DNA of 64,000 nt, taken from positions 806,001 to 870,000 of the forward strand of contig JASVEC010000013.1 of NCBI GenBank assembly GCA_030770535.1, read 5' to 3'. The notes below the pieces were generated by a model, which ran no database searches, was not told the origin of the DNA, and saw only the letters and a program-made list of their open reading frames with translations. Of this stretch, positions 38,724 through 53,238 are shown in pieces. This stretch comes from Batkoa obscura. Its lineage: Eukaryota. Made by a program: the position numbers and the translations under genes. The first letter of the stretch is position 1. Each line of letters opens with the position of its first letter.

Positions 38724-41148
38724 ATGGGAAAATCCAAAAAACAAGGAAAGGGAAGTAATCGCCCACCAGTTATCAATCCATTAGGTTTAAGCAGCATTGC
38801 CGAGCTCGAAAGGAGTCAAGACCCTATGATCAAGTCTGTAGCTTTAGCAGCCATTAAGGGCGAGGTTCCAACAATGAATAAACAAGAGGTTTCGCCATTG
38901 ATAAATAAGGTAAGTTAATCAATAAGTGTCAACAAACTTAAGATGTTTAATTGTTTTTTTTTAATTTTAGCTCCAAAGCAAAGAAGCCAGTGATCGAGCA
39001 TGGGCTGCATCAACAGTCTCAGTTTTATGCTCCAATGATGAAGCTACAAGAAAAAATTTATTGTCTTGTAATGTAGTTGGACGACTTATCGAATTGTTAT
39101 CTAATTTTGAGATTGAGGTTATTGTTGAGGCTTTGGGGGCATTGAGGTAGGAATTATTGAAAAACAATAATTAATGATGAATTAATTTAATTTAGAAATC
39201 TAGCTACTATGAACGACGAGGGTATTGTCTGTGATATTGCCAAAAAAGATATTTGGAAGCCAATGGGTACACTTATTGAAAAGGTGAGTGTAGAGTTGGA
39301 TAAGATTGTTAAAGGGGAGGTAGTAGCTAATAAAAAAGAAGCAACAAATAGAGAAGCTATATTTACGATAGCTGAAAGCATTATTGTGATTTTATGGAGT
39401 ATGGGAGAAACAAATGATAAACTATTGGAAAAAGTTAGCAAGAAACAAGAGATTCAATTTTTGCTAGCCTTCTTAAGTTCCTTCCAAAAGTTACCCATAA
39501 ATCTTGTCCTTAATGCTGCAAGATGTCTTCTCACCCTTTCGGAGTATAACCAAACCTTATTTCAGAATTTTTTTATTAATATACCAGCCAATTTGCAAGT
39601 GTTGGAAAGTATTTTACAGAATGAGGATTCGGAGAATAAGGATGAGTTTTCAAAAAGTTTATTAAAGGTAGTTGTTTCAGGTATTTTAGTTAATTTCAGG
39701 TCCTCCATTACTCCAGCAATTGAGAGCAAAGTTTCAAAAGAGTCAAGTTTAAGCTCTCTTTTATTATTTTCTCCTACTTTCTTTACTGTTTTATTACCAA
39801 TTGTCAGTAGCGTACTTAGCTCTTCAGCTAATATCAATCAAACTATTAATCACGCTATACAAAACGGGCCCAAGAAAGAAGTAATAGAGGTTATTATGTA
39901 ATTTTTATTGAATAAAATTAACATTTTTGCGTATTTAGGAAGAACAACAAGTCAATAACAAAGAAGCAATCAAAGACTTTGAAGTCAAGTCAACCCACCT
40001 CGTTAAAGCAGAAACACTTGTGACTAATCATCATTTAATTTTGGAAGTGCTCTCGAATTTGGTAGCGGAAGAAAAGAGTGAAAATTATAATGCTGAAGAG
40101 GAGATAGAGGAAGAGATAGAGGAAGAAGAAGATGAAGAAGAAGAGCTTGTGGATGAAATTTTAAACAATGATTCAAATGAAGATAAAGAAACAATCCAAT
40201 CAAATGATATATCCCCAGCAATCAATTACATCTTTGAGAATGTAGTCGAAAAATTGATTGAATTAGCCACCCCACATCCATGGACCTTGAGTCAACCAAA
40301 CCAAAATGGTATTGAGAGTAAAGAGCTACAACAATATGAAGCCATTACAATATCTTTAGGTGGTCTTCATAGCCGCTCTTTAGCAGCATTGAATAACTTA
40401 TTCTCCATGATATCGGAGGGCGGGACCAAACAAGAAAAATTGTTTTTAAATCAAAAGTATGAAGCTGGGATTAAAACATTATGGGATTTTCTGTTTACTA
40501 CAGTCAATTCATTTATGGAACAAAGCGATGGTTTAAATATCAACCAAGATATCATTGATCAAGGACTATCTTGCTTGTGGTCCTTGACACGATGGATTCA
40601 ATTAGAGAGCATAGCGATCACTGCTAACCATTTGGAATTTTTACTAAATATTGTGAATAAAGCCGATGAGAGTGAGGAAAAGGTGAGCATGGCAACAAAA
40701 GCTATTGGTACCATTGGCGCTATCGCATGTAGGAGACCAGGATATGTCAATGATAATCAGGTCATTGGTAACTGTTTAATGGAAATCATTAAACAAGCCA
40801 ATGAGCTCCCATTGGAGAGAGCTTTAAGTAAAGCCGAGATTTACTTGGAGGCATTGAATGCAATTTTTGATATCTATGGGGATATGAGCTACGATTATGA
40901 TTTGCCCAACTTTGTAAAAGGAGGGTATTTGGACTGCTTACAACAAGTAGTGGGTAGTGTGGGCAAATTGGTAAGCTTTTTTTACGAAAAATATTAACAA
41001 TTAATCTATTTTTTAGACAAAGGCTATTGACCGTAGGACTAAAAAGGAGCTTAGAGAACACGCTAATGAAACATTGACAAATCTTAAAGCATTTAATAAG
41101 TATAAATTGGATGAGTTGAAGCAATACAAAAAAACTCAAATGATTTAA
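38724..41148 (+). CDS. SYO1: HEAT/ARM protein Syo1/HEATR3 (uL5/uL18 import adaptor), multi-exon
   Basis: MGKSKK start, RAWAASTVS, VEALGALR|NL, central acidic loop, EALNAIFDIYGD...YD, NLKAFNKYK. Confidence 0.85.
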
Positions 41149-41293
41149 AAAGAGATTGGCTTTAAACGGGTTATAGAAAGATATTATGTGCTAAAAAGTG
41201 ATATAGATGTATTTAAGTTAGTGCATAGTTGAAATAATTTTATGTTTTAATAAAGATTATTAAGCTGTACTTGAAGTTTTATTTTTAACATTT

Positions 41294-41388
41294 AGGGATG
41301 TTTTTTTTGGCTTCATCACTTTTTCCATTTTTTAAGCGCTATTTGAGCGGAAAGGTTGTTAGTAGAATTCTTAAACAAAAAACATTCC
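41294..41388 (-). mobile_element. MITE copy 6
   Basis: Reverse-orientation copy flanked by ATTT/ATTT. Confidence 0.85.
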
Positions 41389-41989
41389 ATTTATATCTAG
41401 TTATTAGCTTTATTTATTTATTCTTATCTGTAGTATTGTTATGTGTAGTCATTTTCAAAGCCTTATTAAAATTAATTCCCAAAAATCAAAATATACTAAG
41501 CAATGAATATTTTTAAAGTTGAGTCAAGTAGCTATTAATTGTCCATTTTGACTAGTCGTCAGCATTTACATAATATAATTAAACAAATTTGACAAAAGCT
41601 CAAAGTAAATTTAATTGAGCTCAAACTGTTTAAACAATAGCGGCTTTTGATTGGCTGAATTCGAAGTGGCTCAGGGTGCAAAAATATAGATTGAAGCTCA
41701 AAAGATATTTACATAAACTCAGAGATGTAAAAATAATTCTTGAATTTTTTAAAATTTTTATTATTGACTAGTACTTTTCCAAACTGACTTAATGGCTTTA
41801 ATTGGTTTAAATAAATTTTATTTTAACTGGCACTTTATCAGTTTTTAATTATTTAGCTCTCCGATTGATTATAACACAACAATGACTTGAGTTGCTGTGT
41901 TCTCAAGTTCAAATACAATCAAGTCAGAGTCCCTTATTTTGATTTGCTGCGAGAATTTATAACTTCATATTGCAAACAATGTTATCCTC

Positions 41990-43330
41990 TCTTTTGATAC
42001 CCATACTTGTTGGAGTATAAAAGAGATTCTTCAGGATGATAACTCGAGACTTTTTAACTGAATTACTCCCTAATATCCTACCTTTAATAAAGTCAATAAG
42101 TCTTTCTGACAACATCTTACGTAGATCTTACAGTAGTATTGTCTATTCTATTTGTTTTACATAGTTCGTAACTTATTACGTATTATTCATATTAATTTAA
42201 GTATATCTTAGTTACATGAACTAAGACCTTCCAACTTATGGTCAGTTAATCAAGCCAGAATTGCTTTTAACTCCAACCATTGAGTAACAACATTCACAAT
42301 TATTATCCAGTACCTGATAAATCAAAAAAGGCTAATACAATTTTAATTGAAATTACAGTTTATAAAAAATTAAAAATTAAAAATTAAAAAATTAACTCTA
42401 ATTTATTTTATAAAAACAACTGAAACTTTAAAAGTTTTAATATTTATTGGGCAAGCAAATAGTTTATACTAAATGATACAAATAAGTTATTAAATGTTAA
42501 CATTACTTAAGTTATTAACAGCTAAGTTAATAAATAACTAAAAAGCAAATAGTTATAATAATAAGTAAAAATTATTATTATATTGCTTATATCATATAAA
42601 AATAATCAATTATAGTTTCAGAGCTAACTACTCTCTCCCATGCAGCTATTTATTAACTTGACAATATATTAATAATGTAATTGTAATGTTAAGATCATTT
42701 ATTTATTTAATAGCAAATCTGCACTATTGGCTATAAAGCAGTCAATAATAAATATTCCTCAATAAAGTTTTATAGGAATGTGTATTTATTTATATATTAC
42801 AATTTTAACTAATACTAATACATAAGTTACATTAATAAACTCCTTGCCAACCTGGAAATTTTTATTAAATTTAGTAGAAATTCTGCTAACTTATAATATA
42901 AATTATAATAAAATAATTTAAAACTGTCAAGTATTTTTGCTTTTTAATAAAAAATTATAATTTTAAAGAAGGCTTTCAGAATACTAAATATTTAAAAATT
43001 GGATAAAAAAATGAAACCAATTTGGACATCCCCAGGCGGTGTTTAGTAGCACTAGCTACTAAGGGTTCAGGTTAATCCATTATTAAGTATTTTTTTAATC
43101 TACTACCTTTTCTATATTAGCTCCTGGTAGTCACTACAAAACCATAACTTTGAAGCCGATATGCTTGTAGCTGATCTCCAACAGGTTAGCAAATTAAATA
43201 TAGGCCATGTAAATATCCTATTGCCTATATAGCTTATGCATGTCCCGCAGAATCCGGAGTGTGTTTTACACTTTCATTTGGCTTTGACCTTATGAATAGT
43301 GTGAAGATAACCCTCTTTTTGCGTTAGAAT
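41990..43330 (-). mobile_element. Degraded LTR-retrotransposon (Ty3/gypsy-like) integrase fragments
   Basis: Minus-strand pieces RYWIIIVNVVTQWLELKAI (~42260-42315), VSSYHPE (~42030-42050) and SSHYS*GQSQ...Q*DIYMAYI*FAN...RSATSIS...LWF (~43135-43320) resemble rve integrase motifs. Confidence 0.45.
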
Positions 43331-43450
43331 CATTGATATATATTTTGATTTATAGCAAAGTTTTAGATAGTTGTTTTGTTTATTATTATTATTATATTTT
43401 TTGATAGTTTTAAATGTATTTTATATGTATTATTCAAACTAACTTTATAT

Positions 43451-43549
43451 GGGGATGTATTTTTATGTTTAAGAATTTCACTAACAATCTTTCCACTCAA
43501 ATAGCGCTCAAAAAATGGAAAAAATGATGAAGCCAAAAAAAACACCCCC
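43451..43549 (+). mobile_element. MITE copy 7
   Basis: GGGGATGTATTTTT...AAACACCCCC, flanked by ATAT/ATAT. Confidence 0.9.
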
Positions 43550-44921
43550 ATATGTTAGAACAATATTGAATAGTTGAAACAAAGAATACTAACGCATAGT
43601 ATTAATTGTGTTTTCTTTTAAAACTTTACCAATGGTTGAATATTAATGATAGGTGTCAATTATCAACCCCCTATATCAATCAATTAAACAGTAAATATCG
43701 ATTGAACTAAATTAACATAAAGCATGATTTTATTTTAGTTTGTTTTATAATACTATTATCTTCATCACCGTCAAATGCATCTTGAAGTGCATCGATGCCA
43801 AAGCTCAGTTTTTGATTTTAGAACATAGTAAATGTAAAAGAAAATATAATATATTTACAATAATCATTAACTTTAATAGATTCAATACCAATAGCTAGTA
43901 GATGAAGAACTAAAAAAATTAAGTGGGACGCTTTACACAACGTTGCTTTTCAATTTGATATAAAATATCAAGGCTTTAACAATAGTAATTTTTTAATTGA
44001 ATAAAAGCGATTAACGATAAACTTACATTATAATTTATCTTCAATAGTAATGATGAACTTAATTTGTTTTAATCAAGATTAATACTTAACTTAACTTAAC
44101 TTAACTTAATTTCGGTTGAAATAGCAGCTTTTATCTTACAATTAGCTTGACGGAACGAGCAAGGGTGGTGGAGTAAAAAAATGAAAGTACAAAAGAGACA
44201 TTATATCCATGTGAAAGTTTATAATAAATAATAATAAACTAAGCTTTTGAAGTTTTATTTCATTTAATCATCTGCATTTCGTAATAGGGGTGATCAGTTT
44301 GATTTCATGAATCATTTCAGCTTGATTTCATTGTTTATTTACACCTTTTCATGTTATCGATTGGTTCTTTTCGCTATTGATCAATTGTTATATCTGGTTA
44401 ATATAAAATATTGTTGTTCATTTATTAGCTAGTAGAAAGTTTTCCTTATACTCATTACCAGATAGTATAGTAGCTGTAGTAATGTTTTTAGTTTGCAACT
44501 GATAAACCAACTTTATAAAAGATTAAGCTGAGCTTCTAAAAAATAGCAATTAGCATAAAACTAAGCTAATATAATTAATGTAATAGCTCCATGATCGAAA
44601 AGATATATCAATCCAAGTTTTCAAGTCGTCTAAACGCTAGCTGTATTCCTCATCTGTTCAATTAACTAAGTGGTAAATTATACATGTTTTTACTGTCATA
44701 GAATGAAAACCTATTAACTTTTAAACTAATTCCCAATAAACATTTATACTATTTATATTCCCATCCCTTCAACTATGCAATTTCAAACCTTTTAATAGAA
44801 CTGAAACTTATTACAATTTCATTTTACCAAATCTTCAAAAACCAAAAACCCAGCCTCTGAAAACTGCCCATTTTAAAAACCCGCTTTTAAACTCCACTCT
44901 TTAAAAAAAATTTCAAAAAAA

Positions 44922-45990
44922 ATGACTTTATCTAGCAGTCCACGTAAAGACAATATCAAGAACTGGTTAGGAGTAGGAAAAGAAAGTGGTTTACGTTCAC
45001 GTTCATCCAGTATCAATTCAACGATTTCTTTAGACCCAACACCAAAAACAATTGATTTAGAAAATAGCCCACCACCCAATTATCAAGATTTTAAAAGTGA
45101 ATTTATATTAGCTTATCAACAAGGTGATCATATCCCAGCTACTATTGCAGCTTATGCATCATTTGCTGGAATTTTAATGGGTTTTGGTTTAAGCTTCGCT
45201 TTATTTGTTTCTGGTTATCGTGCTTTTGGTATGTACATCATGGCACTTGGTGGGTTCCATCTTTTGGAGTATTTGATTACTGCGATATTTAATCCAAGAA
45301 GAGTGAAGTTAGATTGTAAGTGTATATATTTTGAAATTTATTTGATTTTAAAGAAGTGATGTTAATTGTTTTTTTTTTTAAATTATAGCGTTTTTATATG
45401 ATCCAGTATCCGGATATCACATTGCCCTTTTAGTTTCTGTAGCTGAATATTTTTTAAAGAAAATTTATTATCCTTGGGTTTATAATTATATTATGCCAAT
45501 TCAATTGTTGGGTAAGTGATTGATAAATGAAAATGATAATGAAATTGAAATTAATCTTTTTAAATTTAGGATTCTTATTTGTACTTGTTGGGCAATGGTT
45601 TCGTTCAAGAGCCATGATTGAAGCTAATACCAGTTTTAATCATTACGTTCAAAGTATGAAAGACCAAGATCATCACCTTATTACTACTGGGGTGTTTAGG
45701 TAAAAAAATTTAATATTTTTAAATAACTTCATACTATTTAGTTATTTGTTGACTAATTTTATTATTATAGCATCGCCCGTCATCCTTCTTATCTAGGTTT
45801 TTATCTATTTACTTTAGGTACTCAAATTATGTTATTTAATCCATTATGTTTTTCTGCATTCTGTTTTGTTTTACATCAGTTTTTTAAAACTAGAATAAGA
45901 GTTGAAGAAGCCCATTTAATTCGATTTTTTGGTCAAGAATATATCAACTATAGAGATCATACTCCCACCTATTTGCCCCTTATTCATTAA
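44922..45990 (+). CDS. STE14: Protein-S-isoprenylcysteine O-methyltransferase, multi-exon
   Basis: FHLLEYLITA, GQWFRSRAM..A..SFNHYVQ, HHLITTGVF, RHPSYLGF, RIRVEEAHLIRFFGQEYINYR. Confidence 0.95.
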
Positions 45991-46186
45991 ATAAATTGAT
46001 GATGAAATATATATAATATGATGTTTTATAAGCTATATAATAGTTTTATTACCTATCTTATCTATTGAATAAACAAAAAAAATACAAAATAGTATAAATT
46101 GTGTTTTTATTTGAACAAAATTCGACTACAAATAAACGCTAACCGAATTTTAAATAGATAGACATGGAGTGACTTGTCTCAACTTA

Positions 46187-48686
46187 TTATAAAGCTTGAG
46201 ATTCCAAGAACTGGTGAACAGAAGGAACAGTGGAATAAGCCTTGATAATCATTTCATTAAATTCATCGAGAGGATCAGAGAGAGCAACAATAGCACCACC
46301 AGCACCAACAGAAAGTTCATTTTTACCATCATTGGTAACAACAACAGTACGAATGACAACAGAGAAATCAGATACTTTATTTAATGAAAAGTAACCAATA
46401 GCACCTGAATAAATACCTCTTGGTCTTAAACCTTCAATATCTTCCATTAATTGAACAGTACGACGTTTAGGGGCACCAGTCATTGAACCTAGAAAAAGAA
46501 GTTAGATAAAAAATATTATAAAAAGAAGTATTTAAACTTACCAGGTGGGAAGCAACGAGCAAAAGCTTGAGCATGACCAATTTCCGGTCTTAATTCAGAG
46601 GTAATAGTAGTGACCAATTGATGTACATATTTAAAAGTTTCGACTTTCATTAAACCAGGAACTTGAACTGAAGCAGGCTCAGAAATAGTAGTTAAATCAT
46701 TACGAATTAAATCAACAATCATTAAATTTTCAGCACGTTGTTTAATATCTGTTTGAAGTTCATAGGCACGACGTTGATCTTCATCAGCCATTAATTTTTG
46801 TAATTCAGCTTCACTAGCATTTGGATAAAGGACTGAAAACTCTTCTACAGTTGGGCGTTTAACAGTACCTTTAATTGGTTTCATTGAAGTAGCTCCATCA
46901 GCTTCCATTCTCATAAAACGTTCGGGGGATGAAGAACAGATGGTCACATCAGAATATCTTAATAAACAAGCAAATGGGGCAGGATTCTTGTTACGTAATA
47001 CTTTATAAAGTTCAACTCTAGAATCTGGGGTAGCTAAAGATGGGAATTCACCACGCATAGTAGTAGTTAAACAAACTTCGTAAGTTTCACCTTGTTTAAT
47101 TAAAGCTTGAGAAGTTTGAACTTCTTTAATATATTGTTCTTGATCTAAATCTAATCTTAAACCAACATCTTCAGATACATCACGTACCTTTTCAGCTTTA
47201 GTGGGTTTCAATGGTAAATTGGCAAGTTTATCAGATACTCCTTGTACCCAGGAATCAAATTCATTTTCAGTAGTACCAAGGTGTTGAATTAAGACATTAG
47301 TAGCTTCATTAACATCTTGTAAATTCTTTGGAAAATCATGAATAGGTTTAGAGTTGGAAATAACACCAAAGGCATAAATATCATTAGTCAAATGATCGAC
47401 TACTAAACCACGATCAACAAATAAGAATTGAGAGTTAGCGTAAGGTACAGTTGTCTCGAATTTAGTCTTAAAGTTGGGTAAAGTTTCATCTTTCATTTCA
47501 TAATCAAAATAACCTAATAAACCCCCACAGAAATCAAATGGAATTTCACTACTATTTGGTAATAAATTAAAAGATTGAGTAAAGGCATCAACCCATTCAA
47601 TAAGTGGTAAATCTTTATCTGTAAGTTGTTTAGAGAAAATAGTTTCAGATTCTTGTCCATTTACTCTAGCAAAACTTAAAGTTTTGGTTGGTAAATCATA
47701 ACGAATTGTAGCTGAACCATTGGTAGTACCAGGACCAAGATAAGAAGTATTACCTAAATTTAAACTACGAGAAGCTGAATCTAACCAATAAGAATAGACA
47801 TCATTACGGAATAAATGATCATAAATAATTTCAGTATTAACAGTAGAACTAGTCAACTTAGTTACTTTAACTTGAACATCATTAAAGTTCTTTCTTTCAA
47901 CTAATGGAGTAGCACAATTAAGGGTTGAATATTTCCATACACTTTGAGGTAAAGGTATATCCTTATGTGGATTATTACTATAATGATAAGAAATCCCAGC
48001 AAAATTTTGAATCATTTTATCACCAAATTGACTACAAATAGATTCTGGATGAAATTGAACACCATAATAAGGTAAAGTTTTATGAGCTACTCCCATATTA
48101 ATACCGTCTTCTTGTACATAACAAATTGGATAAAGTGTATCTGGAATAGTACTCTTTTCAACAATAAGTGAATGATAACGAGTAACATCAAATTTTTCTG
48201 GAATATCATAAAGAAGATCATAAGCGTTAGTGATTTCTTTTTGCTCTTCTTCATTTGGATGAATCTTAGTTACTTCAGAAATCAAACCATGCATTTCTTT
48301 TGGTGCAATAACAACCTATTGATAAAATAAAGAGTTAAATAAATAAACATACTATAATTATTTTAACTTACTTTTCCTCCAAAAGTATTAGCTAAACCTT
48401 GGTGACCTAAACAGATACCGAAAATTGGAATATCTAATTTTTTTTCTAAAAGGTCTAAACATAAACCAAAATCTTCTTTTTTATCTGGACGACCTGGACC
48501 TGGGGATAAAATAACACCATCAAAATAAGGTAAAATTTCACGTTCAAATTCTTCATATGAACAATGATCATTACGAATTACCATGACTTGTTCTTTTGGT
48601 AAATATTGAATAATATTATATGTATAAGAATCATAATTATCTATGATTAAAATTTTGGCTTTCTTATATTCATCATAAAGTGACAT
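46187..48686 (-). CDS. ABZ1: Aminodeoxychorismate synthase (fused PabA-PabB), 2 introns
   Basis: IDNYDSYTYN, SPGPG, GICLGHQ, GVQFHPES (GATase); SSPERF, KPIKGT, AENLMIVDLIRNDL, FPPG|SMTGAPK. Confidence 0.96.
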
Positions 48687-50564
48687 ATTGAATTTGAGTT
48701 ACTGTTTTAAATAAATGTTAAGTGCGTTTGGGGATAGTAGTTATCTAAGTTTATTATTTTATTGTTAATTATTAAATTTATGACTGTTTATATACTCTTT
48801 TGTTATAGTTGAAATGATTATTGAATTGTATAATTGTTAATTGAGATTAATTAGCCAAATAGCATTATTTTCTTGAATTGTATAACAATTAAATAGTAAT
48901 AAAAGATTTAATTATTAAGCCTAAATTTAAAATAAAAAAATGAAATCTTTAAAGAAAGGTTAAACTTTTTATTTCAATCCAAACTCCTTTCTATTTTCAT
49001 TAGAATAAATTTAGGTCTAGTACCATACTATTCATATTAAGGTTTGCTAATCAGAAGAATCACAAGAATTTACTAAATTTGGTATAAGTTACTAAAAAAT
49101 TGAAATTTTTACCACAAAAAAGTTTATTTGTTGAATATTAAGAGGGTTTCGAATTGTTAGTAAAAGGAAGAAACTCGGGTGTAAAAGTTTTATTTATGTT
49201 ATTATTGATTGTATTATTTAATACTATTTTCTAATTTACTTGTTATTTTGAAGTAATTATTTTTAAATACAAATTTGTTAATAAATAACGTTTAATTAAT
49301 ATAATTCAAAACTACCTTTTAGCCTTGAATTTAACCTATTAACAATATCACTTATTTAGATTGAATTCGAATAATGGAAAAATAATAAAATTAGACAATT
49401 AAACTATTAAACTGTTAAATTATTGAGCTATCAAAATAATTATAATAATAACGTGATACTATTATATAATTAAACTATTAATTTATTCAAAGTCCACTTT
49501 TTTCATATAAAGTAAACCAGAAATAAATAATTATTTTAATACAATGATATATTTTGGCTAAATAATTATTTTTAAAAGTATTTATTAATAATAAGTTGTA
49601 ATTTCAGTACATGGATATATACTAAATTTGATTGAAAGTTAGTTACTACGTTTAAAGAACAAATCATATTTGAATTTAAATAAAAGCAGTAATTATTAAC
49701 AGTTGATTGTCAAATAAAATCGAATATATAGATAGTGTTATAGTTTAATATTTTCTTAATGGTAGAAAAAGTATAGAAGAAGCAATAATTTGATTATGAA
49801 GCTTTTGGTAGTTTTAAATATTGATTAAAATGTAACTTATTATTCTAAAAAGCTCCTAGTCTATAAGCTATCGCTCCCTTTCACTCATTCCTCTTAAATA
49901 CTGTTCGTTGAAAAGAGGTTTTAGAGATTATTGGTTGTTTTGAGGGTATTTAATATAGTGTCATTATTATTTTTTGTTATTAGTTAACATTATATAAAAT
50001 GTTTGTAAAATGTTAATTCGCTTAATAAATAAAGTATAATAATGATTTTTATCTAAACTAAAAAAAAAATAAAAGAATAAGGTAAGAGGAATTCAATATT
50101 AAATAAATTTATCAATTTTAAAGTGACCAATTCAACTAATTATGTTCTTTAAGTTCATTTAGTATTTAATAAAATTAGCAATAAGATATTATCAACCTTA
50201 ACTTTTGTCCATTGATTATACTATATAAACATTAGAAATATCATTAATTAACTATTGAGATAAAAATAAATATTGTTAAATTAGTTTATTTTTTCTAAAA
50301 GTTTTTTTAAAAGTTTCAATTATTTTTTGCCCAACATTGAATTATATAGGATTCCAAATTTACTTTTGGAATTTTATAAGATAATTAACTTTTTTTTAAA
50401 ATTGATTAGTATTTTTATTAAATTTCCAATAACATATTAATATAATTTTTATTACTTTTGTTAAATACTTTTTAAATATTAACTTGCTTAGCAATCTTAC
50501 TTTACTGTTGAATTTTACAGTTTAGTTATGACTTTAATTAATTTTGTAACTATTTTTAATGAAT

Positions 50565-50663
50565 GAGGATATATTTTTATGTTTAAGAATTTTACTAACA
50601 ATTTTTCTGCTTAAACAGCACTTAAAAAAATGGAAAAAATGATGAAGCCAAAAAAAAACTCCC
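50565..50663 (+). mobile_element. MITE copy 8
   Basis: GAGGATATATTTTTATG...TTAAACAGCACTT...AAACTCCC; flanks GAAT/AAAT. Confidence 0.85.
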
Positions 50664-52693
50664 AAATCTTATATTTATCAATTTTTAGTATAAATTTTTA
50701 GTTCAATTAACTTGAATGGCAATATCATAGATTTTCTTAATAAAAATACAAATGACGCCATTTGTAGTTTTTTATTAAAGGATAATAGATACTACGAGCT
50801 CAACTTTATTTTATGATAGTTATCTTCATCCTGGGCACAAAACAAAAAGCATTCTTATAGTGAATCATGTACAAGGTCTTTCTCATTTGAACGTGATTAG
50901 TAAAATTCATTCCTGAAGTCTGATCAGAATATCATTGATATCTCTCAATAGATAAAAGTCTATTATACAGGTTTTTAGAGTGCAAATCCATGCTAACCTT
51001 TTGACGTCTCGCCTTTATTGAATTGCTTGGTTATAATATTGACCTTACCACTTTCTAGAAATTCTGTCTTCAAATTTTCTTATATTTAGGACTTTCCTTT
51101 GAAACCTGCTTTCTTGGATCTATATTATGGTCTATTTAAAAACCTCATTGAATTTTCTTGGAGGAGGAACTAATAGTGAAAATGTTCGCTTCTCACCTTT
51201 ATATAAAATGTAAAATTCCTTGGAGAAGTAATCACTTATAGGGAATCAAATCCCTTGGCAATAGCTCTAAAAGTATTAATTTTCTCTTCAAATGGCTATC
51301 GAGCCTACTCAAAATAACTAAATTAACTTAGTAAAGACATATACCCTGTAGGGTTTGAGATTTTATAAAAAAAACAGTAGAAAAAGTATTTATTTAATAG
51401 CAATAATTAAGTGGTATTTTATAAACTATATGTAAACTAAACGAAAATAAGATTCATAAATAAAATAAAGAAGTTAATTAGCTTATATTAACCAAATGAG
51501 AGTGTAGGTTCTGAGTAGGATGTACCTAATCTAAAAAACATCATAATTGTTTCAAACATTATTACTTATATTTAAATCCATATAATAAACTTACTTAACC
51601 TGGAGATTACTTACGCTTTGGAGTGGATTTATTTAAATCATCAGTGAGTCTTTTTAATAATGTATAATTACAACTATCTGTTGATACATAATTAACATTA
51701 TTAAATTTCACGACGTTATAACAACTATACTCTCCATGATCTTCCTGACTATACACATCAACAATTTGTTCAAACTCATAATCACTATACTCGTCTTCAA
51801 AAAGCTCATTATCATAGCAATTAGGTTCAAATTCATAAGAGAGAAATTTAATTGAATAACTCATTGTATAGTTATATTAAAATAAATAATAAGAGATTGA
51901 TAGAGATTAAATTGATTATCAATTTTTTTTTAAAACTACAAAATTATAAAAAGAAATGCAAGCTCAAGCAAATTGATTTTATAGCATTTTTATAGTATTT
52001 TTATAGCATTTTTTTAATTGACTTTAAATTACTTTTAGGTGACTAAAATTTCGTTTTTATCTTAATTTGGAAGTTGCTTGCTTACATTGATTGGTGATTT
52101 TTCTGTTCCTATTGATTCTTACTGATTAGAAACTGATTGAAATTGAAAGCCAACAACAATTATCATTACTTATTTAATTTAAGTGCAATATATATTTTTA
52201 ATATGAAATCTTTTAAGTAAGAGGCAACCATATAGCTATTATAACCTCAGTATATGTTTACCTTTACTCTATAAAATTACAACTTAGAAAAATAATAATT
52301 ACGTTTAAATTGATAAGAGAGTATTATTTATTGTCATTTTAAAAAAAGTTATCATGCTAGAACGCTTTCATATACTATAATATAACACTTTATTTAGTTT
52401 AAACAAAATAAATCACATTTTTATACTGATAAATTATTCATTTTTATCGTTTGTTTGAATTTATAAGATAAATTCAAGTATAAATAGTGCAAGTTATCAC
52501 ATATTATGTTAACTAATAATAATCAACTAGATAAATTAAGGATAAACTTTTAAATACTAATAATAAGTAACAAGTTAATGATAAATAAAGAAAAAAGTAA
52601 AATACTTCAATGGACATAAGGTTTATGAAATAATGAGAGGAAGGCAGACAAGTATATAAACATTGAAACAATCTTTTAAAGTAGTATCAAAAA

Positions 52694-53032
52694 ATGAATC
52701 AAATTTTATTAAAAACCATTATTTTAGCTTTCACTGCTACCATCTCTTCACTTCCAGCATCAAGCAATAGTTATTTAGCCAGACGTGGTTTTAACTCTTT
52801 TTATCCAGGTTATGGAATTGGTGGCTATGGTGGGTTTAATAATGGGTTTGGTTCTTTTGGCTTTCCAACTGTAATTAGTAATAATGCTTTTAACGCTAAT
52901 GCTAATAATTTTAATGCTAATGAATTTGACCGTAATAAAGAAGCTGCTGTATTCGTTGATAATGTTCATAAGAAGGATGTAAATAGTAATCACTCCAATG
53001 TTAATAGCCAGAATAATGCTGCTATTATTTGA
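52694..53032 (+). CDS. Small secreted Gly/Asn-rich protein, paralog A
   Basis: Signal-like N-terminus, dibasic LARR, Gly/Phe-rich then Asn-rich segments; TATATAAA ~40 bp upstream; paralog at 54030. Confidence 0.85.
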   Translation: MNQILLKTIILAFTATISSLPASSNSYLARRGFNSFYPGYGIGGYGGFNNGFGSFGFPTVISNNAFNANANNFNANEFDRNKEAAVFVDNVHKKDVNSNHSNVNSQNNAAII

Positions 53033-53137
53033 TCTATTATAAAGATTGAAAAATAAACATTTAAATATCAAAACTATTATTATTATTATTATTATTGTTA
53101 TTGTTATGTTTTAAATAGTTATAAGTATTAAATATAT

Positions 53138-53238
53138 GGGGATGTTTTTTTTGGGTTTCATCACTTTTTCCATTTTTTTAAGTGCTGTTTAAGCGGAAAA
53201 ATTGTTAGTAAAATTCTTAAACATAAAAATACATCCTC
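53138..53238 (-). mobile_element. MITE copy 9
   Basis: Reverse-orientation copy flanked by ATAT/ATAT; shares diagnostic variants with copy 8. Confidence 0.9.

Noticed and set aside
50700..51864. Acidic 85-aa ORF (51607-51864) and downstream coding-like minus-strand sequence
   Set aside because: May be a decayed gene, but no motif was recognised and the frames are broken
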